A stretch of 64,000 nt of DNA, from positions 1 through 64,000 of the forward strand of contig OZ287702.1 of assembly GCA_965649825.1 (NCBI GenBank), written 5' to 3'. Origin of the DNA: Penicillus capitatus (lineage: Eukaryota; Plantae; Chlorophyta). Positions 1-12,698 of this stretch are shown here, piece by piece. A program made the translations under genes and the position numbers. The first letter of the stretch is position 1. The number at the start of each line of letters is the position of its first letter. The notes under the pieces were generated by a model. That model ran no database searches, had not been told where the DNA came from, and saw only the letters and a program-made list of their open reading frames with translations.

Positions 1-892
1 AAGACTTCAGGTATGAAGATATTCTTTCGTGGAAAGCGCCGCAGACCAGTTGCCCCGACTGGTCGGATCCACTGGTAAGCACCAAATGAGGGAGAATCGG
101 ATGAACACGCGCGCACTGTCTCAAAGGTCTGCACGTATGCCGATGGTATTATAACAACTTTGGCACAGAGCTTTTACTGCGCCACACGGTACGCTGGCCA
201 ACAGATAGGCTGTATCCAGGACCCGTTATGTATCCTCGAAGACCAAACTACCTGCAGACAGCCCGAAGAATCTTTTGGTCCTGGCGTTATCAAAGGGCTT
301 AAGGTCAGTTTTTTCTGTCGTTTGATGGATCCTTTTCAGTTCATTCGTGTGATGTAGGATATTGTTGCAACATATGTGAAGCCTCCTGTGGACAAAAAGA
401 TCCTGAACCAAATCCTCGACTGCGGTGCAATCTATGAGAAAGACGCATGCTCAGGTTTGAAAATGCAGCGTCGTAATTCGTATGCATGTATGGCGGCCAG
501 ATCCCTGTAAATGGACCGAGCATGTGTACGAGGAGGATGAATGCGAGACGAAGGATGAGTGGATTGTACAGACATTGGCAGACGCCGGCGGCGATTCTGA
601 TGATGTCGTTTGCAAGTTTGCCAAAGATCAAGCATCGGCTGGCTGTATCGGCACGGACGACATCGGCGTCTGCGCCGCCAATCCCAACTGCTCTGTTCAG
701 TTTTCAGGAGGTACGGTCCCCTGTCCATATTCAACCAAGGCACCACCACGCGTTACAGAGTGTTGGGTTTCCATCGATTTTCAAACAAAACAGATCATCA
801 AGGCCGATAAGAAATTAAAAGAGTCTTTCGAGAGATTGGCAGCCGCATGTTCTTCACACAAGACCGAAGAAGAATGTCTCGGTGATGCCTAA
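1..892 (+). CDS. Secreted-type cysteine-rich repeat protein, paralog A (5' part lies outside the window; several introns)
   Basis: Spliced translation gives KDFRYEDILSWKAPQTSCPDWSDPL / VCTYADGIITTLAQSFYC...CIQDPLC / ...CIGTDDIGVCAANPNCS...ECWVSIDFQTK...ACSSHKTEEECLGDA*. The same motifs and intron positions recur in three other genes in this window. Confidence 0.8.
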
Positions 893-1203
893 TGTTATGT
901 CCTGCTGATTGAATGGCGGCGCTGATGCCGCCGGCAACAACTGCTTTTTCATTCCTGTTTACCTGCATCGTATCGTTTACATGGCTGCATCCCTACACAA
1001 ACCTTAACGTTTTTGGTAACGGATTGACAAACGCGTGTCTCGATAGACGACGGCATTGAGTTGACGGTTTCAATTACCATATGCTTCGGGAAATGGGTAT
1101 GACGGATTGACCGAGCGACAGTTACATCTCTTCCTCTCGAATCGACGCTCTTTAGACTTGTGTGCTCTCCGTTTGTCACGTTCATCGTCAGCAGATCATT
1201 GCC

Positions 1204-3276
1204 ATGGCGCGGTACGCTGCAAGACTGGACTGGGAAGAAGTGACCGTGCACGGTGACCCGCCGCACAATCGTTGGGGTTCAGCCTATTGCCTCGTCGGCG
1301 ACAAAGTCTTTGTCAGCGGCGGATGCTTCGAAGACAAGTATGACGCTATCCCATTCGATCCGAAAATCGTTTCTTCGTTTTAGGAGTGCAAACTACACGT
1401 GGTATGCCGACGCGTGGTTTCTTCAACCACATGGCGAGACCTTCAAGTGGTCGAAGCTCCCCGATCCACCCGAGACATTCAAACCGCGTTTTTTGCATTC
1501 GGCTACTCTTGTTGGTACGTTCGGCTGAACGCACGTTCCCTCCCTCATCTGCTTTACAGGGGAACTGGTTTGGATCGTGGGTGGCCATGGCAACGGGAAA
1601 AATTTTGACGACGTCTTTACTTTCAACATCGACACATATGTCTGGACAAGACAACGCATTCGGTGCCTCTCAATAGAGAAGCCATGTGATAACTGTGATG
1701 TGGGATGTCTCACAGAATGCCACCATTTGTCCAACGTTCCGGACATTGCGCCGTTTGTCTGCCAGATACGCCGGAGAGGATCTTGCTGTTTGGTGGATGT
1801 TTCGCACGGAACGAAGACAGTCCACCTCCAATGCTGGCCGTGATGGACACCAAACTGCTCACCGTGTCCGAATACCATATATTCGGTGACGCTCGGCGTT
1901 CCCGCACGTGGCCCATCGCGTTCCACATCTCAGAGACCAAGTCTCCAACGCAGACCACGCTGTCTGACTGAAAAGGCATTGGATGTGACAGGATCTTGTT
2001 TGTGGGTGGAGCGGATTTGGAGAAGAAATTGCCCATTGAGGGAGCAGCTTGTTTGGACGTCAAGAAACTCGTGTGGAAGGAAAAGCAGTTGACGGATCCA
2101 TCCCTTGTTAACCTCATCGGCGCTCGCGGTGTCCGTTTCCAAGGGAAAAACTACATACACGGTCCGCTCATGTCTACCATGTCGTGTGACGTGGTGTGAT
2201 ATCTTTGGCGAGCCTCAGGTGGAAAATACATGGAGAATAACGAGAGATACTCGTCCGATATCATCGAAATCGGCAGTGGATTGTTGCCGCCCCATTGTGA
2301 CATTCGCCGAATCAAAAGCCACGGACTCGAAGGCAGTCCTCAGCCTACTAAAAATTCGCGAGTGTATAACGACGGCTTGTACAGGGATGGCAGATCATTT
2401 GCTGTTCATGAGTGGAGATTGGATCTATGCCTGTCTGGGGAGGGTCTCCCATATCGGGGAAGAAGCAAAAGTCTACCGCGCAAATTTGACGAAATTGGAA
2501 GAAATCCCATCTCTGGCGATTTCAGCGCCGACGCCAGTTTACGATCTGACAATAGAGAGCGAAGAACCAGCTATGGTAGCATCGAGTCATATCCCATTCC
2601 ACGACAAGTGCCTATCTGCATGCAGCAGATGATCGATTCTCCGTCTTGGACAGCAAAGCAAGAGATCCGTCAAGATTCCTTGATCTCCGAAGGAACGGAT
2701 GAGTCAGAACCGGCCTGTCGCTTTACAAACTCTCGAATCACAGTGAATTCAAGAATACGTGAGTGACAGTGGGTTACGGTGATTCGTGGTTTGCGTAGAA
2801 GATGGTGTGCGAGCCGGCATCGAGCGATGCAGGAATGTCTGGCGGGCTGCGCGTTCAGATGAACTGTGAAGCCATTCTCTCACTTCGCGATTCACATGCG
2901 ACGCAAGAGATGGATCGATTGAAGGAAGAGATCAAGACGCTGAAACGCAAACTCGAAGTGACAAGTGTCGAAAAGCAAGAACTGGAAACAGAACTGAAGA
3001 GGGTCAAAGAAAACGAGGTAGACTGCTGCTGATGAGCATGGACGTATGATGCGACATTACTTCTGCCTTTAGAAAAAACAGCTGGAGTCCAAAGAAGCTG
3101 ATATTGAGCGGTTGCAACGTGAAGTGGCCTCTGCGAAGAGTGAGTTCAGTAACCTCGTGCGCCGTGAGAAGGCATGGCTCGAAAGCAGTCCAGTTAGATT
3201 TCACAAGTACCTCAGATCGACGTGGACATCATCTGCTCACCACTGCTGTCCTTGTAGCAATCCTTTTGATCCGTAA
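1204..3276 (+). CDS. Kelch-repeat (beta-propeller) protein with C-terminal coiled coil; multi-exon, 3' end approximate
   Basis: Kelch-type segments PPHNRWGSAYCLVGDKVFVSGG, PRFLHSATLVG, WIVGGHGNGKNFDDVFTFNIDTYVW, RILLFGG and FVGG. Heptad region EMDRLKEEIKTLKRKLE...KKQLESKEADIERLQREV. Confidence 0.75.
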
Positions 3277-3936
3277 AGAGTGGAGACGGATGACGAACAT
3301 GACTTCTTGCTACCATGACCTAACAAAAGGATGACCTGTTTTGCATTTGAATTGACAAATGTTTAAGTCTTCCAGGATAAGCGACTTTTTTCAAGAAGTA
3401 TTGTTTTCGGGATGGATCTCGCAGACATACGAGACGAATCGAAAATGGAACAAGCGGTTTCGTCCACGGCCTCTTGCGCTCTCGCACTCTCGAACACGAC
3501 CGTTCCCCTTTAGAGTTCTCACCACACGCAGCAGTCAGTTGCGCACGCTGATTTCAAAGAGTGGTCCAAAGGCGGCCGCTATGAATGCAGTCTACCCGGA
3601 TGCTCAAGTCTTCTGGCGGCGCAGTCCGTCTCGCGAGGTCTGTCCATCCGAAATCGGAGCGACCAACTGTTCTTAGCGCAGCGGGCCTTCCTTACTTTTG
3701 TCACGCAAAGGAAGAATATGAAGGATCGTCTTCATTAAACACAGACATGCTGAATAATGACCGTAACGTATTGATCTCACAGCGACAAGTAGATGAAGAA
3801 GTGTAAAAGCGTGTCTGACGGATACTGTACAAGGCAATGCTTACCTGTCGAATCTTGGGTATCGAACGATATGTTTGATCGTCATTTATCGAGAACGATC
3901 CGCTCATGAAGTGCAAAAAGCTGACGAGAAAAATGA

Positions 3937-5802
3937 TCAAAAAAGTGCGGCGGCGTTTTCTGTCGGATCGTTCTCGCAATCTCTGTTGTTTGCGCGGGTG
4001 GCGCATTTTTCTTGAATCGCAGTGTAGGTTTTCTTCATGGCCAGATCTTTCTCAAGAGCATCAGCGATGAGATAGTCTGCAGCCACCATGCATTCTGAAC
4101 ATTGACATCCTGAATCGAGGGATGAGGTATTGGAGGTGACAGACCTTCACTGCTTCCCCAGCTACATAGTGGATTGTCTATGCATCTGCTGTAATCGTTG
4201 ATGTCGACACATTCCACCTCCCCTACGGTCTTGAATAAATTGCAGACTGGATCGGAGTCGCTATGTCCTAATGCGCTCATGCTCTTGAAAACTTCAGTAT
4301 CTCTAAGAGTGCACGTCCCATCATTTTCCCAAATGCAGTCTCCTACAGGACAGGGATATCGAATCGACTGGCCTCGCATGGATGATCGGCTCGAGACCTG
4401 AACAGCTGTCTTCCTCTAGAATAGCGATGCATTTGGCTTGTCTTTCTAAAAATGATTTGTCCCCTTTGCCCTTCATCAGCGTGGCCATCGCCTGTATAGC
4501 GTACGAATCGATGAAGGCATGGAGAAGGGATAGGTGTTTTGCACTTCGAATCCTTTGCCCCAGGCTAGGCGCATGGTATTATCAGAGGCCGTACAGCGCA
4601 TGGTTTCGAAGCTGTAGTCGCAATGGGGATTTATCAGACATTTCGGAAACATACAGACCATGTTGTATTGAACTTGACAATAAAATTCAACCGGAATCTC
4701 GATTTTGATAAGGGCATCCGCAATGACGCACGCCTGCTCGCAAAACACGAGTGATGATGGAACACAGAGAGAGGACGGACGGTGGAGGGCACTCCTTCTG
4801 GGCAATCTGTTTCGGGCAGTTCCCATTTGAGCACATTTGCCCATCTGAATCCACGCTCCAGCGGACGAAATTCTTGAAAAAACGGTTCGATCAGTAGAGA
4901 TGTCTTGTATTCAATGACCTGAGATGCAAAAGGTCATCACGGCAGCGACACAGTCAACGACAGACTTGGAGGATTTCTTCATATGTGCATCCAAAAAGGC
5001 GGCCGTAAAAATCCATGACACAAGCTTCCACTGCATGGTCCCTGAAATCGACGTTAGGTGAGAGAGCGCGGATGCGTACGGGAACTGGGGTACCATGAAC
5101 AACGTGAATCTGCGTTGCACGGGTCTTCTCTTTCGATCTCGGCGCATATAGCGCCGTCAATTGTGACAGCAACTGCGGCTGGAGATGCCTCGATGCACGG
5201 AGAGTCCTGATAGTCCACATCGAATTGCACGAATTCACACTCCGTTGTATTCCTAAGAAACCTCGACTTCATAGAGCACCTTGGCAAGCACCGAAGCTTA
5301 CGAATTCCACAGACAGTAACCCACGTCAGAACATGCTTTTGCGTCTGTGGCACTTCCGCACACCTAAAAGCAGAGATCGTGATAAACGCCACGACGCGAT
5401 GTCTGTCGTCTTACTGCGTATCTGGAGATGAATCGACTGTAGGCGTTCTCAGATGAGCCCAAGATGGAAGCTATGGCAGAACGACTGGCGGTGCAAGCGG
5501 CGGTCTTGGCATCCCATGTACACGACTCTCCGTCGCGGATGGCGTTGGAAACGCGATGCGTGTCATTTGTCTGGGCCTAGACCGTGAAGACATGTCCATA
5601 GCGCTGGGCGACGACGGGAGAATCGATCTCTCGTTTTCGAAGGGCGACTCACCCGCTCCCGAAACGTGACAAGCCGCGTACCAAGAAGATGCGTCCCTGC
5701 GCGGACGATCGCTTGGTCTGTCGTGGTCGGTTCCACAAGATGGGTGGTCGTTTCATGCACCGCGAGAAAAAGGACCAGGGCGAAAATTGAGCGACGCGAC
5801 AT
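3937..5802 (-). CDS. Secreted cysteine-rich repeat protein, paralog B
   Basis: Signal-peptide-like MSRRSIFALVLFLAVHETTT. Repeats CTWDAKTAAC, CGSATDAKACSDVGYCLW, CAEIEREDPCNADSRCSW, LKWELPETDCP and CVDINDYSRCIDNPLCSW. Ends ...KTYTAIQEKCATRANNRDCENDPTENAAALF*, homologous to the paralog A C-terminus. Confidence 0.8.
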
Positions 5803-5930
5803 ACGTGTGTTTGTATGCTCGCTTTTACTATGTGCAATTCGACGAATGGCGCGGAAGCAAACGAAATGGCGCATTTACATAGGCGAGCTGTCACGTTAAC
5901 TTTTATGAAACTCGACAGGGACGCCGCTCG

Positions 5931-7274
5931 ATGATGAGTCCCTATGATACGAGGCCGCGCGCGTCGAACTCCATGCAGCGTACGCGCGTCGAGAACGACG
6001 ACCCTGTGAAGCTCATCGAGCAATTGCAGAATTACATTGTCAGATTACAGAATACCGCAAAAGATGTCCCTCGGCGACGTCCATCGAGACGATCGTACGA
6101 GAAGCTCAGCTTTGATGACCAGCTGTCTCGAGATCTTCCTCCCACCATTCGGGCCATCGTGGAAGACAACAGAATGCTCAGAAGCTCCATAAAGAAATGG
6201 AAAGGTCGGTGTCGCTCGGCAGAACGCGAAGTGCAAAAAGAAAGGCTGAGAACGGAACAGTGTCGTCTGGAATTCGCCTCTTATCAAAAGTGCTTCACCG
6301 AAGAGGATCTGCTGGCCATCGAGAATCACAAAGAATTGGAAGAGAGGACGCAGATTCTGCAGACTTCGGTCGAAGAGAAGGAGCACGCGCTCGCGGTTTT
6401 AGAAAAGAAGCAGCGCGTGGATGCAAAGATGCATCAAGTGACGCTCCTGCAGCGCAGCAAAGAGACAGATGCACTGAAGAAACAGATTAAGGAGCTGGAA
6501 GAAGAGATCCGGCGCCTCAGTCTTAAGTATCGGACAGAAATTGTTGGATCAAAGCGTATCACGGCGAGATACGAAGAGCAGAAGCGGAGAGCGATGCGAT
6601 GGAGAGAGCAACTGAACAGTCTGTTGGAGAAAGAGGAAAGCAAACTGATGTTGGGTGATGTGACAGTGGTGGACCCGGACACCAACACAGCAGCAGTCAC
6701 AACGAGAGCAACACTCGAACAGACGACCGAGGAAAGAGTGATCCTCATGCTGTGCGTTGTAGAAGACACAGAGACACGTGGGTCTCTCACGGAAAGCAAC
6801 AATTCCTCGACATCGATGGAAACGCCTTTCGATTCTCTCAACGTCTCGCGTAGCATGGGTGAGGAATGCTTCTGTGAGAAAAGGGAGATGCGTGGAGGGC
6901 CGGATCTGCCATCGGCGGCAGTCCTTTCATCTGAGGCCGAGAATGGCCATGGCGAGGAGGATCTGCATAAGCATCCGGTGGAGGAGTGCGCGGAATCCGT
7001 ACCTGAGATGCCAAACGCGGAGCGCGAGGCGGCAGCTCTAAAGATTCAGTGCGCGCTTCGCGGGATGTTTGCCAGAAAGGAATTCGAACGCAGGAGAGTC
7101 AGCGCCATGCAGTACGGTCCAAAAAACGTCGCCAGTAGCACGAAGACCGTTACGGCAGCTGCTTCACAACGACGTCTGGCCGAAGTACCGAAGACGACAA
7201 AAGGAAAACATCTTTCCCAGACGCCACATTCGACGCAACCGAACTCCAGGAACCGAAAACCAACACTCGCATGA
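5931..7274 (+). CDS. Coiled-coil protein with IQ motif; N-terminal coil resembles the lebercilin (LCA5) domain
   Basis: 447-aa ORF. Long heptad region (ENHKELEERTQILQTSVEEKEHALAVLEKKQ...KQIKELEEEIRRL) and IQ-like AALKIQCALRGMFARKEF. The lebercilin resemblance is by eye only. Confidence 0.6.
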   Translation: MMSPYDTRPRASNSMQRTRVENDDPVKLIEQLQNYIVRLQNTAKDVPRRRPSRRSYEKLSFDDQLSRDLPPTIRAIVEDNRMLRSSIKKWKGRCRSAEREVQKERLRTEQCRLEFASYQKCFTEEDLLAIENHKELEERTQILQTSVEEKEHALAVLEKKQRVDAKMHQVTLLQRSKETDALKKQIKELEEEIRRLSLKYRTEIVGSKRITARYEEQKRRAMRWREQLNSLLEKEESKLMLGDVTVVDPDTNTAAVTTRATLEQTTEERVILMLCVVEDTETRGSLTESNNSSTSMETPFDSLNVSRSMGEECFCEKREMRGGPDLPSAAVLSSEAENGHGEEDLHKHPVEECAESVPEMPNAEREAAALKIQCALRGMFARKEFERRRVSAMQYGPKNVASSTKTVTAAASQRRLAEVPKTTKGKHLSQTPHSTQPNSRNRKPTLA

Positions 7275-7676
7275 CGACACGCTCCTGTGCGATTGCGCAT
7301 CTCACCAGAAGAAAACGTCGCACGACAACGTGGTGTATCGACTTCTGTTGATATCGATCGGTTTGGCAAAAGACCGCTAACATTTCGCCAGTCCATCGCC
7401 ATCGTTGTCTTTGTGATGGTCGCATCTTCCAAGAGTGGCATGTCCGACACGTTGATCCGTTTTCAAAAGAGTCTGAAAGATATTCGATCATCGTCTTCTG
7501 TACCGTTCGCGCCATGGTTTGTTCTTCGTCGACATGTCGGCTGATATCTACGTACGGTTAACGGCGTTGCTGCTCGCAGATACTTTTGCCGTTCTTTGGG
7601 TGGTTGTCGGAAAACGCATGTTTCAAAACCGTGAATCGTTTCCGTTGCCCGTCTCCAAAAGCACGTTCGCATTCAA

Positions 7677-10206
7677 TTGTTTTCATTTAAGAAATTGTGT
7701 TTAGACAAAATCGCGAATGTCGGCTTTGAAACGAAAAGCGTCTTTCCCGTTCACGTCGTCCGGCACAACGTATCGTGCGTTTACAAAAGCGGAAGACATG
7801 AACGGGTTGTTTTGAGCAACGTGTGTGGAAAAGCGGAACCGGGTGCGATTGTGGCATTAACGGATCCATCTGGAGCCGGAAAAGTGGAACTCTTGGCAAA
7901 CGATTTTCTTGACAATGCTCTGTGCATCTTGCCAGTCAAGCTTACTCGATATTCTGTCCATCGGCAACACCACAGGCACTGTCAGCGGTACCGTTCTCTT
8001 TAATGGTATTCAGCAAGCTCAACGTCGTCTGCAGCTCATGTCCTATGTTCCACAGGTAAAGCACTCGGAAGAAAACGGCAGGTAGATTGCTGTTCGGCTG
8101 ATAGGACGATCTCTTCATGCCTTGCTTGTCATGTCACGAGACGATGCAATTTTATGCGAGTCTGCTACTGAGAGATGCATCTACTGCCGAAAGGCAGTGC
8201 AGGATTCAAGATGTTCTCCAGTGTCTGGATTTGACTCAACGCTAATAAACCATTGTCTGCTTCGCCCATCATCTCGCGTCTTTTCACTAAGTGTCGTAGG
8301 TCGGAGGAATGCTTCCTGGAGGAATTCGGTTAACCGGTCTGTCGGGTGGTCAGAAAAGAAAACTGAATATCGCCATCGGAGTTGCATCGTCGCCTTCCAT
8401 TGTCTTTATGGATGAAGCGACATCTGGTCTCGACAGTTCTGCGGCTGCAAGCATCATGCGTTTAAAAAGATCTTTGCGCTCAACCGGCTCATACCATTCT
8501 GGCCACGATGCATCAGCCACGGCTCGATATTTGGAGAATGCTCTCCAAAGTAGGCATCATTTTGTTGACGGTGGGTGAGATAACCTCCAGTTCTGGAAGG
8601 TTGTTCTGCTGCAAAGTCGAGGTTGATGCATACAGAAACGACGGTTAGTGTCTATTCCTGGTTTTTGAAGCTACCTTCCGTATCCACACGATCCAGAACA
8701 AGATAGAACGGCCCCGATTGGTTTCTCGATTTGATATCCATCGATTTTGTGAAACCTCAGGTAAGAGTCCCTTTGTGATGCGACGTGAATTCAGACGCCG
8801 TGTGCATTCAGGGAATGAAACGCACCATGCGGACGGAGGAAGATCTTCTCGAAGCGTCAAAGGCCTTCTTAAATGCGAATTACCCAGACGACGTCAGGAA
8901 TGACGTAACCCGAATGTTTACCCCGGTGACTTTATCAGATGTAGATCCGCTGGGTCGCACCGTCACGGACCCGCCTCCCTTCATCAAGGCGAATTTCTTC
9001 CAGGAGAATTGGGTTTACACAATTCGCACTCACCCAACCGTTCTCCCAGGACAACCAGCGAAATGGAATCTGCACCATCGAAACACAACCGTTTCATGTC
9101 CGCTATGTGTGAGATTCCCAAGGCCTCTCACTCTTTTGTTTATGCAGGAAATGGATCTTGGCGCTTTGTCGACACTTTATCTAGTTGGCTTGGCGTTCGA
9201 GTACATTCGTTGTGCGAACCCAGCTGCTGTCGGCGGACATCTCTTCGCCATCCCATGGCTCACCGATGCTGTTGGTGTCGTTTTCGACAACATCCCAGAC
9301 ACTCCCCAGTCCATCTCCACACGATTTAACGTGCTCTTCGTGTCGACACTGGTTTTGATTCCCTTCCCATATCTCTCTGTATCGCATGCCACAGCAGATA
9401 AGGTCGATTTCGTTGCAGCTGAACGATTTCTGACAAAGATCTGTGCTCTTAGGTATGCTATCTCAATGATACGCGTTCTCGACTCGATCGGCCGTTTATC
9501 TACTATATCTCCAAAGCTTCCGTGCAACTTCCGTCTCAGCTGATGAACGTAGTCACTTCGTTCTGATTGTCTCCCACATGACTGGACTTCGTTCGGATAC
9601 TGGCGCCTTACTCAAACACCTCGTCATTTTGACACTCGCTTTTCTGATCTTCTTCCCAGTACTGCCTCTTTGTGCGGTACGTCCACTGCTGGTGACTCTC
9701 ATTGTTTGTTCAGATACTGAGCCTCACAGCAATTGAGGCCCCGTCGGAAGATGTTACGTTTATCATCGGCGTCTGCTGCGTTGCATTCAATCTCATGTTC
9801 TCCGACTTCTTTATCCGAAAAGACCAAATGCGGTTCAGTTGGGCGGGTCATCTGTCCACGGCATCACCCATGCAGTACATTTTCGAAGCGCTGACCGAAA
9901 TCGAGTGCCGAGACAGAGATGACGACACGCTATGTGTTCAGAGCTTCGAGGAAGCATACAGGACACATTCCATGGATCAGCCCATGGCAACGCCTTATCC
10001 AAAAGACCTCATTTCTTATGTCTTGCGCAGCCTGAGCGATGAAAATGGATTGTGTTTGGTATCCGAAAACAGCCTGCTGCATATTTTTAGGTAATCAGAC
10101 ATCCATATCGAATGCACTAGTGATTCTCTCTGTATTTCTCCTGTGCATGCACCTCGCGACTTTTCTCCTGCTGTGCTATTTCTCGATGTATCCTTCAAAG
10201 AAATAA
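7677..10206 (+). pseudogene. Disabled ABCG (White/PDR-type) transporter
   Basis: Walker A DPSGAGK/SSLLDIL, signature LSGGQKRKL, Walker B VFMDEATSGLD, H-loop TILATMHQP and ABC2-membrane FNLMFSDFFI...SPMQYIFEAL. It also carries in-frame TAATAA at 8243-8248 before the conserved TIVG, a frameshift near 8461-8470 between Walker B and the H-loop, and further frame breaks in the TM region. Confidence 0.75.
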
Positions 10207-10640
10207 CCGCCGGCAATTCAGTGGCAGAAACCGCGTTATCAAATATCAGGCCGCGCGATGAAAATAGACAGCTCTTCCATTGAGCGCCAACGGTTTTGTG
10301 TTCGTGGTGGCGAACTGCCGTGCTTTGACCTTGTCCTTGAAGAGACATTGGATGCCTAAGCTGCTGTACAGTCTCTGTCATGGACAGCACGATGACGGAG
10401 TGAGCCAGTGCGTCGTCATCCTAAGGCAATAGGACTTTCTTACTAGCTACCACACGTGCATCTTGCCTCGTGACGTGTCTTTCTTTCTATCAAGTTTTAA
10501 ACAAACCGCGGCATCACGTTCTGAGGTCGTCGTCTTAGCGAAAAAAACGTTGTTTCAATTTAGCGGTACGCACAATTGCAGTCTTCGTTTCCTAGTTTGC
10601 TGTTTACCTCACCGTGTTGCTTTTGTCTAGTTGGTTTACA

Positions 10641-12698
10641 ATGGCCACCGAAACGTTTTCGAACGAAGAATTCGCGGCGCCTGCTGAAGCAGATGTCGAA
10701 TGCGCGTTAGGCAGAGACTGTTACGGTTCTACGTGCATGTCTAGTTTGGCGAATGCCGGAGAGACAACTCCACCGGCTAAGCAAAGCAGAGTCCCCAGTC
10801 GAACGTTACAACTGAAAGCCGCGTCGGCCTTTTCCTTTGAGGACGATGATCTTCGCAGAGCCTACCAGAAGTACGGAGAGATACACAGCACGGAGATAAC
10901 GATGCAGGAGAGAGGCGTCGTGTATATACGCTTCTACGACCTCCGCAGTGCCAGGGCAGCACGGACCGCAAACAATATCGAAGAACAGTCCTTGGCGGCT
11001 GAATTCGCTACAGACGGCGCATCACGCGATCTTGATGAAGAGGGACGCGTGGTCGTGCGTGTCGAAGGCCATCTTGGCTCCAATGAACTGTGCCATATTT
11101 TCTCGACCTATGGCGATGTGCGCAACATCCAAGATGTCCCAAACATCACCATTCACAAGGTCGTTGAGTTTTTTGACATCCGATGCGCGGCTAGGGCAGT
11201 CCAGGCATTGAATGCTGTGGACACCGATGCCATGCATGCTGCTAGTGTTGCCTACTTAGAGAAGACGCGCTGCAAATTGTTCCTGATCCCTCCTCGCCTT
11301 CCAGAGGCTGCTGGATTCCCGGAAAGAGGTGCGATGCCGACGCCTGCGGCGCCAAAAACTTTTCCTTTGGGAGGGGCCGTCAAGCCATCTGCTCTGGAAT
11401 TTGAACTGCAGGATGATCGCATTCAGATGGCTGAAAAGCCAACACAACAACCACCGCCCTTGCCCATCTCAGCCACAGGAACAGATTTTGCCAGATCGCG
11501 TCTTTTTGACAGTTCCTCAAGTCTTTTTGGTTCGGCCGAGCAATTTGGCTACGCATCTCTTCCGCCATCCACATCTGCCTCGTTGACGCCTTTCTCATGT
11601 CTTCCGGAGAGCATCACTTCATCTTTTGCTGCAGATCAGAGCTCAAACGACAGCAGCACTGGACTGTCTCTCAGAGAAGTCCTGCCGTCAGGACTCGGTC
11701 TGTATGAAGATGACGAGACAGAGACACTGAATTCCCGGATGCGTTATGAAGACAGTGCATCTTACGAGATTCTCTCTGCCAATCGCGGTTCGGGCTGGAC
11801 ACCATCCCTGAACAACGGCAACGGACTCAAGAATCTTGAACAGAGTTGCTTTGATGGGTTTTCGCCTCTGACATTTTCGCTCATGGAACAACTCGGCGGT
11901 GCATCTGCCGCGTTTCCTCCGGGATTAGATACGTCTTTCATGTCCGAACAACAAAAACAAGATGTTCTGATTCTCTCTCAGTATCTGGACTGCTATGAAC
12001 AAGCTACCGCTTTCCAACAAGCTGTGCGTTTGGAAGTGATGAAGCGTCTCAATTCTTTGAAGTCTTTCGACACAGTAAGTGGTGGTGGTGGTGGTGATTT
12101 CGCAATGGGTGACAGTATCTTCCAGAAATGCCGAGGTGTTGGGGAAGACTGGAAGACGGCGGCATCGAGGATGCATCATCGAAAGAAAGGAGGTCGATTT
12201 CCGCGTCGTAACTCCGCTCTGGATCTGGAACAAGAAGCGGAGCGTCGGGCCCAGCAAGAGAAGATGTTTGCAATGGATTTGGATCGTGTGCGTTCCGGAA
12301 AAGACAAAAGAACGACGCTGATGATCAAGAATATCCCAAACAAGTACACGCAACGCATGTTGCTGGCCCGAATCGAGCAGGAGTTCAAAGGCACTTTTGA
12401 TTTCTTCTATTTGCCGATTGACTTCAAGAACAAGTGCAATGTGGGTTATGGTTTCATCAACATGACCTCTACGGAGCACATCATATCGTTTGTGGAACAT
12501 GTACATCAGCAGAAGTGGGATAAGTTCAACAGTGACAAAGTGTGCTGTGTGACCTACGCCCGAATTCAAGGGCGGCATGCACTTATCAATCACTTTCAGA
12601 ACTCCAGTTTGATGCTGGAAGACAGTAAACACCAGCCACTGCTGTTTAAACCCAACGGGGATCCTGAGCCTTTTCCATTGAAACCTGTGTCTGATTGA
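10641..12698 (+). CDS. Mei2-like RNA-binding protein (RRM1, RRM2, C-terminal Mei2 RRM3); apparently intronless
   Basis: Diagnostic RRM3 RTTLMIKNIPNKYTQRMLL...FDFFYLPIDFKNKCNVGYGFINM...YARIQG. N-terminal RRMs with FYDLRSARAA and VEFFDIRCAARAVQALN. Confidence 0.95.
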   Translation: MATETFSNEEFAAPAEADVECALGRDCYGSTCMSSLANAGETTPPAKQSRVPSRTLQLKAASAFSFEDDDLRRAYQKYGEIHSTEITMQERGVVYIRFYDLRSARAARTANNIEEQSLAAEFATDGASRDLDEEGRVVVRVEGHLGSNELCHIFSTYGDVRNIQDVPNITIHKVVEFFDIRCAARAVQALNAVDTDAMHAASVAYLEKTRCKLFLIPPRLPEAAGFPERGAMPTPAAPKTFPLGGAVKPSALEFELQDDRIQMAEKPTQQPPPLPISATGTDFARSRLFDSSSSLFGSAEQFGYASLPPSTSASLTPFSCLPESITSSFAADQSSNDSSTGLSLREVLPSGLGLYEDDETETLNSRMRYEDSASYEILSANRGSGWTPSLNNGNGLKNLEQSCFDGFSPLTFSLMEQLGGASAAFPPGLDTSFMSEQQKQDVLILSQYLDCYEQATAFQQAVRLEVMKRLNSLKSFDTVSGGGGGDFAMGDSIFQKCRGVGEDWKTAASRMHHRKKGGRFPRRNSALDLEQEAERRAQQEKMFAMDLDRVRSGKDKRTTLMIKNIPNKYTQRMLLARIEQEFKGTFDFFYLPIDFKNKCNVGYGFINMTSTEHIISFVEHVHQQKWDKFNSDKVCCVTYARIQGRHALINHFQNSSLMLEDSKHQPLLFKPNGDPEPFPLKPVSD

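Noticed and set aside
3359-3930. Possible small spliced minus-strand ORF (MSGSFSIND...) downstream of paralog B
   Set aside because: One plausible intron, but the product is very short with no homology recognised.
8243-8248. TAA TAA as evidence for a TAR=Gln genetic code
   Set aside because: Long conserved ORFs (Mei2-like, DDX20, Gag-Pol) contain no in-frame TAA or TAG, several genes end in TAA or TAG, and the ABCG gene has independent frameshifts.
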